Assembly: GCF_003013245.1 (NCBI RefSeq) | Contig: NZ_PXYY01000013.1 | Span: 9,496 to 41,495 of the forward strand | Reading direction: 5' to 3' | Source: Neisseria iguanae | GTDB lineage: Bacteria > Pseudomonadota > Gammaproteobacteria > Burkholderiales > Neisseriaceae | DNA: 32,000 nucleotides | Shown here: positions 8,979 to 17,379 of the stretch, one piece after another | Layout of the letters: each line of letters starts with the position of its first letter | Position numbering within the stretch: position 1 is the first letter of the stretch | Notes under the pieces: model-generated | Databases searched by the model: none | Told to the model about the DNA's origin: nothing | The model's input: only the letters and a program-made list of their open reading frames with translations | Program-made: the position numbers and the translations under genes

Positions 8979-9716
8979 TCAATCCTCCCGAATCAGTTCG
9001 CGCCCGATTTCCGATTGGGCATGAATTTGGTTGTTGTTCACCTCTACTACTTCCAGCAGGCGGCCGTTGTCCAGTAAAGCAGCACGGTCGCACAAACGGC
9101 GGATAACGCTCATTTCGTGGGTGACGATGATGATGGTCACGTTGAAACGTTTGTTGATATCTTCCAAGCATTCCAACACACTGCGGGTGGTAGCCGGATC
9201 AAGCGCAGAAGTCGGCTCGTCTGCCAAAATCACCTGCGGATTGGGTGCCAACGCGCGGGCAATGCCGACACGCTGCTTTTGTCCGCCCGAAAGTTGGGCG
9301 GGAAAATGACTGGCACGTTCCTGCAAACCGACAATTTCCAAACATTCCATCACCCGCGCACGTATTTTTTCAGACGGCCAACCCGCGATTTCCAAAGGAA
9401 AAGCCACATTATCCGCCACCGTACGGTTGCTCAACAGGTTAAACTGTTGAAACACCATGCCGATATTCTGCCGCGCTTGGCGCAATTGAGCGCCATTGAG
9501 CGCCATCAAATCCTGATTGCCGACCAAAACCTTGCCGGAATCCGGACGCTCCAACAGATTAATCAGCCGCAGCAAAGTCGATTTGCCCGCACCGGAATAG
9601 CCCATCAAGCCGAAAATTTCGCCGGCTTTAATTTCCAAACTGGTCGGCTCCACCGCCGTAAACCACGATTTATTGCGCGTTTGGTAGCGTTTGGAAACCT
9701 TGTCTAAAATAATCAT
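8979..9716 (-). CDS. metN: Methionine ABC transporter ATP-binding protein
   Basis: Walker A GYSGAGKST, signature LSGGQKQR, Walker B ILADEPTSALD. ATG at 9716 (MIILDKVSKRYQ) is preferred over the longer track ORF. Confidence 0.9.
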   Translation of the reverse strand: MIILDKVSKRYQTRNKSWFTAVEPTSLEIKAGEIFGLMGYSGAGKSTLLRLINLLERPDSGKVLVGNQDLMALNGAQLRQARQNIGMVFQQFNLLSNRTVADNVAFPLEIAGWPSEKIRARVMECLEIVGLQERASHFPAQLSGGQKQRVGIARALAPNPQVILADEPTSALDPATTRSVLECLEDINKRFNVTIIIVTHEMSVIRRLCDRAALLDNGRLLEVVEVNNNQIHAQSEIGRELIRED

Positions 9717-9891
9717 AATGTTCTCAAATACAACAAAAGCCCGATGTCTGACACAACGGGCTGATTTTGCAGTAAAATAAAATGCCATCTGCAAACGCTT
9801 TAGCTGTTTGTGCCCGCAAGCTGTGTCAAATCGGCATATTAAAGTGCGAATAGGAAATAGTAGCGAAAACGTGAAATAGTGTCAAGAATCA

Positions 9892-9918
9892 GGGCTGTCT
9901 GAATGTTTCAGACAGCCT
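9892..9918. terminator. Inverted pair of a variant DUS (GGGCTGTCTGAA / TTCAGACAGCCT)
   Basis: 9892-9903 and 9907-9918 form a tight hairpin between yegQ (3' end) and the metN upstream region. The core differs from AG-DUS at one position (GCTGTCTGAA). Confidence 0.55.
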
Positions 9919-9938
9919 GTAATCCAATCAAAACACAA

Positions 9939-11294
9939 TCAAGGATTCATAATCCGTGCGACCAAGGCTTTTTCCTTGCCTTGCATGTTCGGGATTTTCA
10001 CCCGAATGCCGTTGCCCGGTGCGACATCAACGGCTTCGCCTTTGCGGGTCATTTGTTCCAGCTTGATGGTTTGGTTGCCGGTCGGATGGATGATTTCGAC
10101 GGTATCGCCGACGGCAAAGCGGTTTTTGACTTCAATGGTTGCCCAGCCTTCTTTGTCAACCTCGGTCACGTGGCCGACGTATTGGCTTTGTTTGGCCACG
10201 GAATGGCCGTTGAGGTAGTTTTGATAATCTTGCGTTTTGTGGCGCTCTAAGAATCCGGAAGTATAACCGCGGTTGGCCAAGCCTTCAAGTTCGCTTAACA
10301 GGCTTAAGTCAAACGGGCGGCCGGCGAGGGCATCGTCAATCGCTTTGCGGTAGCTTTGGGCAACGCGGGCAACGTAATACAGCGATTTGGTGCGGCCTTC
10401 GACTTTGAGGCTGTCCACGCCGATTCGGGTGAGTTTGTCGACTACTTCGATGCCGCGTAAGTCTTTGGAATTCATGATGTAAGTGCCGTGCTGGTCTTCC
10501 ATAATCGGCATGAATTCGCCCGGGCGGTTGCTTTCTTCAATCAGGAACACTTTATCGGCGGCAGGGTGGCGTTGCTGGCTGTTGATGCCTTCGAAATTTT
10601 GGTCGGCTCCTTCCTGTGCTTTTTCAAAATTGAAGTCTTGCAGCAGCTTGGCATCGCCCATGTCGTCGGTTTCGGAATCATGCACTTTGTAACCCCAACG
10701 GCAGGAGTTGGTGCAGGTGCCTTGGTTGGGGTCGCGGTGGTTGAAATAACCCGATAATAAACAACGGCCTGAATAGGCAATACACAATGCGCCGTGAATG
10801 AACACTTCCAATTCTATGTCAGGGCATTCTTGGCGGATTTCGGCAATTTCGTCCATACTCAATTCGCGCGATAGAATGATGCGTTCGACACCGATTTTTT
10901 CCCAGAATTTTACGCCCCAATAATTGGTGGTGTTGGCCTGAACCGACAAGTGAACCGGCATGTCCGGCCATTTTTCGCGCACGGTCATTATCAAGCCGGG
11001 GTCGGCCATAATCAGTGCGTCGGGATTCATCGCGATTAAGGGTTCCATGTCGGTCACAAAGGTTTTCAGCTTGGAATTGTGGGGCAGGGTGTTAACGGTC
11101 AGGAAGAATTTTTTATTGCGTTCGTGTGCTTCTTTAATGCCCTGCGCCAACACGTCCGGTTTGGCAAATTCGTTGTTGCGCGCGCGCAGCGAGTAGCGCG
11201 GCGAACCGGCATACACGGCATCAGCGCCGAAATCGTAAGCGGCGCGCATGCGTTCCAAACCGCCGGCTGGAAGGAGTAATTCAGGTGCTTTCAT
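9939..11294 (-). CDS. yegQ: U32-family peptidase YegQ (tRNA hydroxylation protein TrhP-type)
   Basis: 451 aa, colinear with E. coli YegQ: PELL.PAG, GADAVYAG.PRYSLR.RNNEF, GALC.AYSGRCLLSGY.N.RDPNQGTCTN.CRW, HGTYIMNSKDLR, EGRTKS.YY. Confidence 0.9.
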   Translation of the reverse strand: MKAPELLLPAGGLERMRAAYDFGADAVYAGSPRYSLRARNNEFAKPDVLAQGIKEAHERNKKFFLTVNTLPHNSKLKTFVTDMEPLIAMNPDALIMADPGLIMTVREKWPDMPVHLSVQANTTNYWGVKFWEKIGVERIILSRELSMDEIAEIRQECPDIELEVFIHGALCIAYSGRCLLSGYFNHRDPNQGTCTNSCRWGYKVHDSETDDMGDAKLLQDFNFEKAQEGADQNFEGINSQQRHPAADKVFLIEESNRPGEFMPIMEDQHGTYIMNSKDLRGIEVVDKLTRIGVDSLKVEGRTKSLYYVARVAQSYRKAIDDALAGRPFDLSLLSELEGLANRGYTSGFLERHKTQDYQNYLNGHSVAKQSQYVGHVTEVDKEGWATIEVKNRFAVGDTVEIIHPTGNQTIKLEQMTRKGEAVDVAPGNGIRVKIPNMQGKEKALVARIMNP

Positions 11295-11320
11295 CTTATG
11301 TTCTTTGTTTTATAAATGTT

Positions 11321-11356
11321 TTCAGACGGCCTTGAGATGCATTTAGGCCGTCTGAA
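11321..11356. terminator. Inverted DUS pair upstream of yegQ
   Basis: ttcagacggcct at 11321-11332 and aggccgtctgaa at 11345-11356. Confidence 0.5.
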
Positions 11357-11646
11357 ATGAAATTAATCGGACATAGGCGGATTATCCGCTTTTTTGTAGG
11401 GAGGGTCAATTTTCACCGCCGGCTTTAGCGTTGTTTTGCTTGGTTTTTATCGATAAAACGATGTGTGTGTGATTTGGCGGCTTTGCGGCGGCAATCATGG
11501 AAACAAATGTTTCAGACGGCCTATGTATGTGGGGGACTGTTAGTTTTTGCACAAGGAACAAATAGAGTAAAAAACGCTGAAATCTTGGAAAGACGTGGAT
11601 TTCGGCGTTTTTTTTGTATCTGGAAAAGTTACGCCAGCTTTTTCAC

Positions 11647-11674
11647 AAAACCGCGCCGGAATGCGCGGTTTTTT
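11647..11674. terminator. Bidirectional hairpin terminator 3' of the repressor gene
   Basis: aaaaccgcgc (11647-11656) pairs with gcgcggtttt (11663-11672) over a 6-nt loop. T-runs are present on both strands. Confidence 0.6.
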
Positions 11675-11730
11675 GTTTGAAGTTGACGGGATTGGGAATT
11701 TTTTAAAACTATTTTAAGAGGGTTTTAAAA

Positions 11731-12444
11731 TCAGTTTACGGTACGGCCGAACCATTCTACCCGGCCGATGATGGCTATATCGGTGTTGTCGGCTGTGAGG
11801 TCGATTTCAAAAGGCTCGTAGAGGGGATTGGCGGATTTAACCAAGAGCCGGCCGGGCAGGCGTTGGATATTTTTGACGAACAGGTCGTTTCCTATGCGTA
11901 GGACGTACAGGCCGTCGCGCGGCTCGGTTTCGGCGTGGTTGATTAGGATGTTGTCGCCGTGGTTCAGGATGCCTTCCATGCTGTCGCCTTTGACGGCGAT
12001 TACAGAGAGCTTGTCTGTCTGCCGGGTAACGTAGTTTTCTATCCAGTATCTCCGGAAAGCCATGCAGAATAATGGTTTTTCATCATTCACTGCTTGTCCA
12101 TGCCCTGCTGCCGCTTCTACGCTGTATCGCGGGATAAAGACAAACTCACGTAGATCAACCGGATTGCCCAAGGTATCCACCGCGCCTGAGCCGGTATTGG
12201 ATACCGGGAATGCTCCAACGTTCTCCGGTCTTGATTTGTCAGCAAACGGCAAACCTTTGCCGGTCAGTAACCAGTTTAAATCACATCCGGTAACTTCTTG
12301 AATTTTTATAAGTGTTTCAGCCTTTGGCAAACCATCTTTAGCAAATACCTTATTCAGTCCCATGTAGGACATATCTATCTTGGAGGCTATATCCTCCAAT
12401 GTCGAATCCGGCCATAAAAGCTGAAGTCTGCTTTTAAAAGTCAT
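11731..12444 (-). CDS. Prophage repressor, N-terminal HTH plus C-terminal S24 (LexA-like) peptidase domain
   Basis: HTH-like LEDIASKIDMSYMGLNKVF...LIKIQEVTGCDLNWLLTG. S24 motifs are AVKGDSMEG (Ser) and LFVKNIQ (Lys). It is divergent from ner. ATG 12444 is preferred over TTG 12474. Confidence 0.85.
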   Translation of the reverse strand: MTFKSRLQLLWPDSTLEDIASKIDMSYMGLNKVFAKDGLPKAETLIKIQEVTGCDLNWLLTGKGLPFADKSRPENVGAFPVSNTGSGAVDTLGNPVDLREFVFIPRYSVEAAAGHGQAVNDEKPLFCMAFRRYWIENYVTRQTDKLSVIAVKGDSMEGILNHGDNILINHAETEPRDGLYVLRIGNDLFVKNIQRLPGRLLVKSANPLYEPFEIDLTADNTDIAIIGRVEWFGRTVN

Positions 12445-12466
12445 GTGTTTCTCTCTAACAAAAAGA

Positions 12467-12495
12467 CTAACCAAAAAACCTTCCCTTTTGGTTAG
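12467..12495. promoter_or_regulatory. Operator-like inverted repeat CTAACCAAAAA / CTTTTGGTTAG (pair 1)
   Basis: 12467-12477 and 12485-12495 match at 10 of 11 positions, immediately upstream of the repressor start. Confidence 0.5.
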
Positions 12496-12554
12496 AAATA
12501 ATCTTAATCAAAAACAAAAGTTTATAAAATAACCGCCATTTGTTTGTAAATTGA

Positions 12555-12590
12555 CTAACCAAAAGGGTTTACAACTATCCTTTTGGTTAG
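12555..12590. promoter_or_regulatory. Operator-like perfect inverted repeat CTAACCAAAAG-N14-CTTTTGGTTAG (pair 2)
   Basis: 12555-12565 and 12580-12590 carry the same 11-mer as pair 1. They lie in the divergent repressor/ner control region. Confidence 0.55.
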
Positions 12591-12640
12591 TATTATTCGT
12601 TTCATTAAGTCATATGACTTAGCAAACAAACCCAAAAGGA

Positions 12641-12910
12641 ATGCGTATGGAAACCCTAAAAGAAAGATTAATGGTAAAAATTGAAGATGCGGAAAGACAA
12701 AAACAAGATTGGCATCGTGCGGAAATTGTGGCAGCAGTTCGTAAACGCGGGAAAACAATTACTGCACTATCAATCGAATCCGGGTTAAGCGCGAATACAT
12801 TAAAAAGCGCGTTGCAATTTAAATATCCAAAAGGCGAACGAATTATTTCAGACTTTCTCGGCATCCCACCTCAAGAGATTTGGCCTAGCCGTTATCCCAA
12901 ACAGGTTTAA
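12641..12910 (+). CDS. ner: Ner-like DNA-binding early regulator (Ner/Nlp family)
   Basis: DWHRAEIVAAVRKRGKTITALSIESGLSANTLKSAL...PKGERIISDFLGIPPQEIWPSRYP is the conserved Ner/Nlp signature. The position matches Mu ner. The start could instead be 12647. Confidence 0.85.
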   Translation: MRMETLKERLMVKIEDAERQKQDWHRAEIVAAVRKRGKTITALSIESGLSANTLKSALQFKYPKGERIISDFLGIPPQEIWPSRYPKQV

Positions 12911-12953
12911 CTTACTCAAAAGAGTAAACAAAAGTTTATATCAGGAGCAGTAA

Positions 12954-14951
12954 ATGAGCAACACCATATCCTTAGAGGAGCTGAAAAATTTAAGTTTGCC
13001 CTGTCTTCCCAAGAACCTAGAAAGCATTAGATATCGTGCCAAAACTCAGGACTGGCCGTACATCGAAGAAGTTGGCAAAGCGCGTGGAGGCCGTCTGAAA
13101 AAATACTTAATCGCTTCCCTCCCTGCCGAAATCCGAGCAGCCATCATGAAACGGCAGTCGGACGAGCTGGCGGAGAAGATGCCGAAAATGCTGCCCCAAA
13201 TCAGACCGGGGACGGCGATGTCGGCTCAAGCACTGGCTGAAGCGGCCAAGCTGTTGAACGAGAAACAACGGTCGGTGGCGGATGCGCGATGTGCGGTGGT
13301 GGCGGCGGTGTTGGGTATCAAATATCAATACGGTTGCTCTGCGAAGGCTGCGGTGGCTCAGTTTTTGGGCTTGCTGGCAGAAGGTAAATTGGACGCGGTC
13401 ACGCTTGGGAACTTGGAAAAGGCCAATGACCGCAGTCGGTCGGCGAAGGTTGGCGAACGTACTTTAGATGGCTGGATATCTGCTTATTTGAAAGCGGAAA
13501 ACGCGACGGAGCGGTTGGTTGCTTTGGCTCCGAAGACGACGAAGGCGGTCAAGCCGATTGAGAGCTACGGTTGGTTGCCGATGTTTATGCAGTTGCACAA
13601 TATTCCGTCGGCTCCGAAGCTGGCACACAGCTACCGCCGGTTTGTGCAGTGGGCGGAAGCGGAAAATATGCCGGTCAATGATGTGCCTAATCTGAGTATG
13701 GTGCGACGCGTTTGGGAAAAGCTCCCGCTGATTATGCAGGAGCGCGGCAGGAAAACGGGGGCGGCTTATAAATCGCTGCTGCCTTATGTGAAACGTGATT
13801 GGGGGGCTTTGAAGCCGAACGATGTTTGGATCGGCGACGGCCACAGCTTTAAGGCGAAGGTGGCGCACCCTGTACACGGCAGACCGTTTAAGCCTGAAGT
13901 GACGGTGATTATTGATGGTTGTACGCGGTTTGTGGTCGGATTTTCGGTATCTCTCGCGGAAAGTTGTGTGGCGGTATCGGACGCTCTGCGTATCGGGGTC
14001 AAGCACTTTGGTTTACCGATTATCTACTACTCGGATAACGGCGGCGGCCAGACAGGCAAGACGATTGACCATGAAATTACGGGTATTACGTCCCGATTGG
14101 GTATCCGCCATGAAACGGGTATCGCGGGCAATCCGCAAGGTCGAGGCATCATCGAGCGATGGTGGAAAGACAATCTGATTGAGATGGCGCGCCAGTATGA
14201 GACGTTTGCGGGCGCGGGGATGGACAGCAGCACGAAGAATCTGATGTACCGCAAGATGGAAAGTGCTTTTAATGCTTTGGAAAAAGGCAAGGATTTAACG
14301 GAGGAACAACAGAAATATTTGAAAAAACTGCCGAGCTGGTCGCAATTTATTGCGGATGTGGTCAAGTGTATCGATGATTACAACAACCGTCCGCACGGCG
14401 AGCTGCCCCGACATCCTGACGGCGGGCATTACACGCCGAAGGATTATCGGGAAATGAGGCTGGTTCAGGACGGTATCGCGCCGGATATGTTGTCGGCGGA
14501 AGAGCTGGCGACGATGTTTATGCCGCAGGAGGTGCGAAAAGTGCAGCGCGGTTGGCTGGATTTGTTCAACAACTCTTATTTCTCAACTGAGCTGGCGGAG
14601 TATCACAAAGACGAGGTACGGGTCAGCTACGATTTGAGCGATGCGTCGGCGGTCAATGTGTTTGATATGGACGGCAAGTTTATTACTAAGGCGCAGGCCA
14701 ACGGCAATACCAGCGAGGCTTTCCCGACGGCACGTATCGACCAACTGGCGGAAAAACGCCGAAAAGGCAAAATCAAGCGGGCGGAAAATGCAATCAAGCT
14801 CGCGAATGCGGAAGTCAATCCGGCACTGGAACAGGCGGCAGCTTGGGACGAGCTGGGACATTTGGGCGGAAACGTCATCGAGGCGGAGTATGCGGTATTG
14901 CCGAAAACGGGCACAGACGATTTTGTGCTGTTTGAGGCGGATAGAAGTTAA
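12954..14951 (+). CDS. MuA-like DDE transposase
   Basis: 665 aa. Candidate catalytic triad contexts are VWIGDGH, YYSDNGGGQ and GNPQGRGIIERWW. There is an N-terminal winged-helix-like end-binding region. Contains an in-frame DUS at 13088-13099. Confidence 0.9.
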   Translation: MSNTISLEELKNLSLPCLPKNLESIRYRAKTQDWPYIEEVGKARGGRLKKYLIASLPAEIRAAIMKRQSDELAEKMPKMLPQIRPGTAMSAQALAEAAKLLNEKQRSVADARCAVVAAVLGIKYQYGCSAKAAVAQFLGLLAEGKLDAVTLGNLEKANDRSRSAKVGERTLDGWISAYLKAENATERLVALAPKTTKAVKPIESYGWLPMFMQLHNIPSAPKLAHSYRRFVQWAEAENMPVNDVPNLSMVRRVWEKLPLIMQERGRKTGAAYKSLLPYVKRDWGALKPNDVWIGDGHSFKAKVAHPVHGRPFKPEVTVIIDGCTRFVVGFSVSLAESCVAVSDALRIGVKHFGLPIIYYSDNGGGQTGKTIDHEITGITSRLGIRHETGIAGNPQGRGIIERWWKDNLIEMARQYETFAGAGMDSSTKNLMYRKMESAFNALEKGKDLTEEQQKYLKKLPSWSQFIADVVKCIDDYNNRPHGELPRHPDGGHYTPKDYREMRLVQDGIAPDMLSAEELATMFMPQEVRKVQRGWLDLFNNSYFSTELAEYHKDEVRVSYDLSDASAVNVFDMDGKFITKAQANGNTSEAFPTARIDQLAEKRRKGKIKRAENAIKLANAEVNPALEQAAAWDELGHLGGNVIEAEYAVLPKTGTDDFVLFEADRS

Positions 14952-14986
14952 AACAGTTTTAAACCTCTTTTAAAAGGACTAAAAAA

Positions 14987-15901
14987 ATGAAACAAATCAA
15001 TCATACATTGCAACAAAAACTGGCTGAATTTAAAGCCAAGTCAGGCATGAACCAAACCCAACTGGCACGCGGTATCGGTACTTCGCCGGCATCCATCAGT
15101 ATGTATCTGAATGGCACTTATGCGGAAAAAGGCGGTAATTATGAAACCATCGAGCCGAAAATCGAGGCGTTTTTGGAGATGCAGGACAGCAAAGCGCGAC
15201 GCGAAGAGCTGGTGTTGGGTTTTGTATCGACCAAGACGACCCGCCGAATTGCTGAAGTGATGCGCGATGCGCACGAAGGCGGCGAAACGGTGGTGATCTA
15301 CGGTCAGGCGGGTTTGGGCAAGACTCAGGCGGTCAAAAACTACTGCGAAAAGAATCCCGCCGCCATCCTGATTGAGGCTAATCCTAGCTTTACGGCTTTG
15401 GTCTTGATGCGCAAGCTGGCAGCAGCGGCGAAGGTATCGGCGATGGGCAGCTTGAATGATTTGTTTGAGTCTGTATCTGACCGCCTGCGCGATTCGGGCC
15501 GTCTGATTGTGGTCGATGAAGCGGAAAACCTGCCTTTACGCGCCCTTGAAATTGTACGCCGTCTGCACGATGAGACGGGCTGCGGCTTGGTGTTGAGCGG
15601 TATGCCCCGACTGGTGGCCAACCTGCGCGGTAAGCATGGCGAGCTGGTACAGCTTTATAGCCGAGTGTCTGTCGCGCTGAATTTGGGCGAATCTTTGCCG
15701 GATGACGAACTCTTTGAGATTGCAAAATCAGCTTTGCCTGATGCGGACGAGGAGACGCTTTTTGAATTGGTTAAACATAGTAACGGCAATACGCGCCGGA
15801 TGAGCAAATTGATGCGCGGCGCGGTACGCACGGCAAACAAGAACGGTATCAAGATGCAGGCCGGTATCGTTAAGAAATACAGCTCCCTGATTATCCGATA
15901 A
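14987..15901 (+). CDS. MuB-like AAA+ transposition/target-capture ATPase
   Basis: N-terminal HTH (MNQTQLARGIGTSPASISMYLNG), Walker A GQAGLGKT, Walker B LIVVDEAENL. It sits immediately after the transposase. Confidence 0.85.
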   Translation: MKQINHTLQQKLAEFKAKSGMNQTQLARGIGTSPASISMYLNGTYAEKGGNYETIEPKIEAFLEMQDSKARREELVLGFVSTKTTRRIAEVMRDAHEGGETVVIYGQAGLGKTQAVKNYCEKNPAAILIEANPSFTALVLMRKLAAAAKVSAMGSLNDLFESVSDRLRDSGRLIVVDEAENLPLRALEIVRRLHDETGCGLVLSGMPRLVANLRGKHGELVQLYSRVSVALNLGESLPDDELFEIAKSALPDADEETLFELVKHSNGNTRRMSKLMRGAVRTANKNGIKMQAGIVKKYSSLIIR

Positions 15902-15916
15902 GAAAGGCCGTCTGAA

Positions 15917-16159
15917 ATGAGACACGAATATGCGGTACACGCCGGAGTCTATGAGGACACTTGGCACGATTACGAAACCCATAAACGTCGCAAGATTTGG
16001 CGGGCGGATGTGCGCGGCAAGCGCAAAGAAGGCTTTGCATGGTTGCAAATCCGCCGACTGCGGAAACGATTTGAAAGCAAAGAGGAAGCCAAGGAATGGG
16101 CTGCTCAAGTGAAGGCGGATTGGGTATGCAATAATTTTTTTGCCTTAAGAAAATATTAA
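15917..16159 (+). CDS. Hypothetical early protein, 80 aa (weak AP2-like DNA-binding resemblance)
   Basis: The ORF starts directly after the DUS at 15905-15916. The pattern KIWRADVRGKRKEG....FESKEEAKEWA loosely resembles AP2/integrase-type DNA-binding domains. The function is not established. Confidence 0.5.
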   Translation: MRHEYAVHAGVYEDTWHDYETHKRRKIWRADVRGKRKEGFAWLQIRRLRKRFESKEEAKEWAAQVKADWVCNNFFALRKY

Positions 16160-16186
16160 GTAATTGATTTATAAGGAAATAGGAAA

Positions 16187-16426
16187 ATGTCTAATTTGTT
16201 TTGCGAACGAAAAACCAAGTGGATCGGTTTGGCTTTTTGGTTGTTGTTTTGGGCGGTTTTGGTGGGAACGATGCTGCACAGCTGCTCTAAGCCGGTGGTG
16301 TCGGCGGCGAAGTTGGAAATGTCGCGCCGCGAGCGTCTGGCGGATTTGGAGGCAAAAGCCTTGGGCGAGCAATACGAGTCGATGAGTACGGAAGAAAAAA
16401 TGAAAGGGATTGTTTATGAGCGATAA
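16187..16426 (+). CDS. Hypothetical early membrane protein, 79 aa
   Basis: One clear TM segment (WIGLAFWLLFWAVLVGTML). AGGAAA lies upstream of the ATG. Confidence 0.55.
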   Translation: MSNLFCERKTKWIGLAFWLLFWAVLVGTMLHSCSKPVVSAAKLEMSRRERLADLEAKALGEQYESMSTEEKMKGIVYER

Positions 16427-16529
16427 GCCATTGAGCCCTACGGCAAAAAAAGAGGCTTTGGAACGTGCGCTTAAGGAAATCCGCGCGAAATATGGCGATA
16501 AGGCGATTGTGAAAGGATGTGTGAAATGA
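16416..16529 (+). CDS. Hypothetical micro-ORF, 37 aa
   Basis: MSDKPLSPTAKKEALERALKEIRAKYGDKAIVKGCVK. It overlaps the previous stop by 11 nt, and its own stop overlaps the next ATG (ATGA). Below the track size cut-off. Confidence 0.4.
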   Translation: MSDKPLSPTAKKEALERALKEIRAKYGDKAIVKGCVK

Positions 16530-16681
16530 GTTTCGGACGACGTAATACGGATTGGCAGGCTTGGGGACAACACCGCAGGCGTGCGACGGCGCGGATGGCG
16601 CAAAAAAGCCGAGAGCGAGAAATCGAGGAATATCAGGCGCGTTTTAAACGGCCTCTTGAGAAGAAGGAGGAGAAAAAATGA
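16526..16681 (+). CDS. Hypothetical micro-ORF, 51 aa, basic
   Basis: MSFGRRNTDWQAWGQHRRRATARMAQKSREREIEEYQARFKRPLEKKEEKK. It has ATGA overlaps at both ends. Confidence 0.4.
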   Translation: MSFGRRNTDWQAWGQHRRRATARMAQKSREREIEEYQARFKRPLEKKEEKK

Positions 16682-16800
16682 TTTGGTTTGTTGTCGGATT
16701 GGCTGTGTTGGTGGTACTGGGGATTTGGCTTGAACTGCTGGCCCGAATCGTCGTGTTGCACATGATAGGAAAATGCCATGACGGGTATGACGACAATTAA
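16678..16800 (+). CDS. Hypothetical micro-ORF, 40 aa, single TM
   Basis: MIWFVVGLAVLVVLGIWLELLARIVVLHMIGKCHDGYDDN. ATGA overlap with the preceding ORF. Confidence 0.4.
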   Translation: MIWFVVGLAVLVVLGIWLELLARIVVLHMIGKCHDGYDDN

Positions 16801-16879
16801 AACGGTAAACCGTTGATGTTGCTCTATATTTTTTTGCCTTATTGGAAATATAAGGTATTGATTTAAAAGGAATTTAAAA

Positions 16880-17047
16880 ATGAATGCAAAAGAAATTGCA
16901 GAATGGATCGAAGACCGTGGCGAGCTGATGTTGATGAAGAAGGACGGCGAAGGCTTTGTAATCGCTGCGCGGTCGCCGGACGGGATGTGGAAGACTGCCG
17001 AGGCGGAAACTTTGGCGCGGGCGATAACTTTATGGGAGGAAGTGTGA
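16880..17047 (+). CDS. Hypothetical early protein, 55 aa
   Basis: MNAKEIAEWIEDRGELMLMKKDGEGFVIAARSPDGMWKTAEAETLARAITLWEEV. AAAGGAA lies upstream, and the stop overlaps the next ATG (TGATG). Confidence 0.5.
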   Translation: MNAKEIAEWIEDRGELMLMKKDGEGFVIAARSPDGMWKTAEAETLARAITLWEEV

Positions 17048-17379
17048 TGACTACCGGAATGATGATTTATCTATTGGTCTGCGGGATTGTTGGTTTGGCG
17101 TTGGTGGTTGATTCACTGATGAGCCTGATTGAAAACTGGTTTAAGCAGCAGACTAAAGCGGTTGTTTTGGATGCCTGCGGTATGTTTTTGTCTTATCTAG
17201 GCATTAAGTTGGGCAGGTTGATGCGTGACAAGCAAACTAAGTTTGAAACTTGGTCAGAGTTTAAAGCATGGATCGATAAACAAGCTGAACTTGAAAATCA
17301 CTTGGCAGGCAATGTTCAGATCGTAAAAGGCAATGGAAATGTACAGGCTGGTGGCGATGTTTGGAAGGATAAACAATGA
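17047..17379 (+). CDS. Hypothetical early membrane protein, 110 aa
   Basis: Starts MTTGMMIYLLVCGIVGLALVV (TM). The track ORF 16903-17379 extends upstream only by reading through the previous gene in another frame. Confidence 0.6.
   Translation: MTTGMMIYLLVCGIVGLALVVDSLMSLIENWFKQQTKAVVLDACGMFLSYLGIKLGRLMRDKQTKFETWSEFKAWIDKQAELENHLAGNVQIVKGNGNVQAGGDVWKDKQ

Noticed and set aside
11465-11680. 71-aa ORF across the chromosome/prophage boundary
   Set aside because: It spans a DUS, an inverted-repeat pair and a terminator hairpin, so it is most plausibly non-coding end sequence.
13464-14006. 180-aa minus-strand ORF, together with the other antisense or overlapping ORFs at 13107-13328, 13784-14002, 14027-14365 and 14583-14914, all inside the MuA-like gene
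   Set aside because: These are Arg/His/Pro-rich mirror-frame products of a GC-rich coding region. They lack ribosome-binding sites, and the plus-strand transposase reading frame explains the sequence.
16903-17046. N-terminal 48 codons of track ORF 16903-17379
   Set aside because: This part overlaps, in another frame, the well-formed 55-aa ORF 16880-17047. The membrane protein more plausibly starts at ATG 17047 (TGATG coupling).
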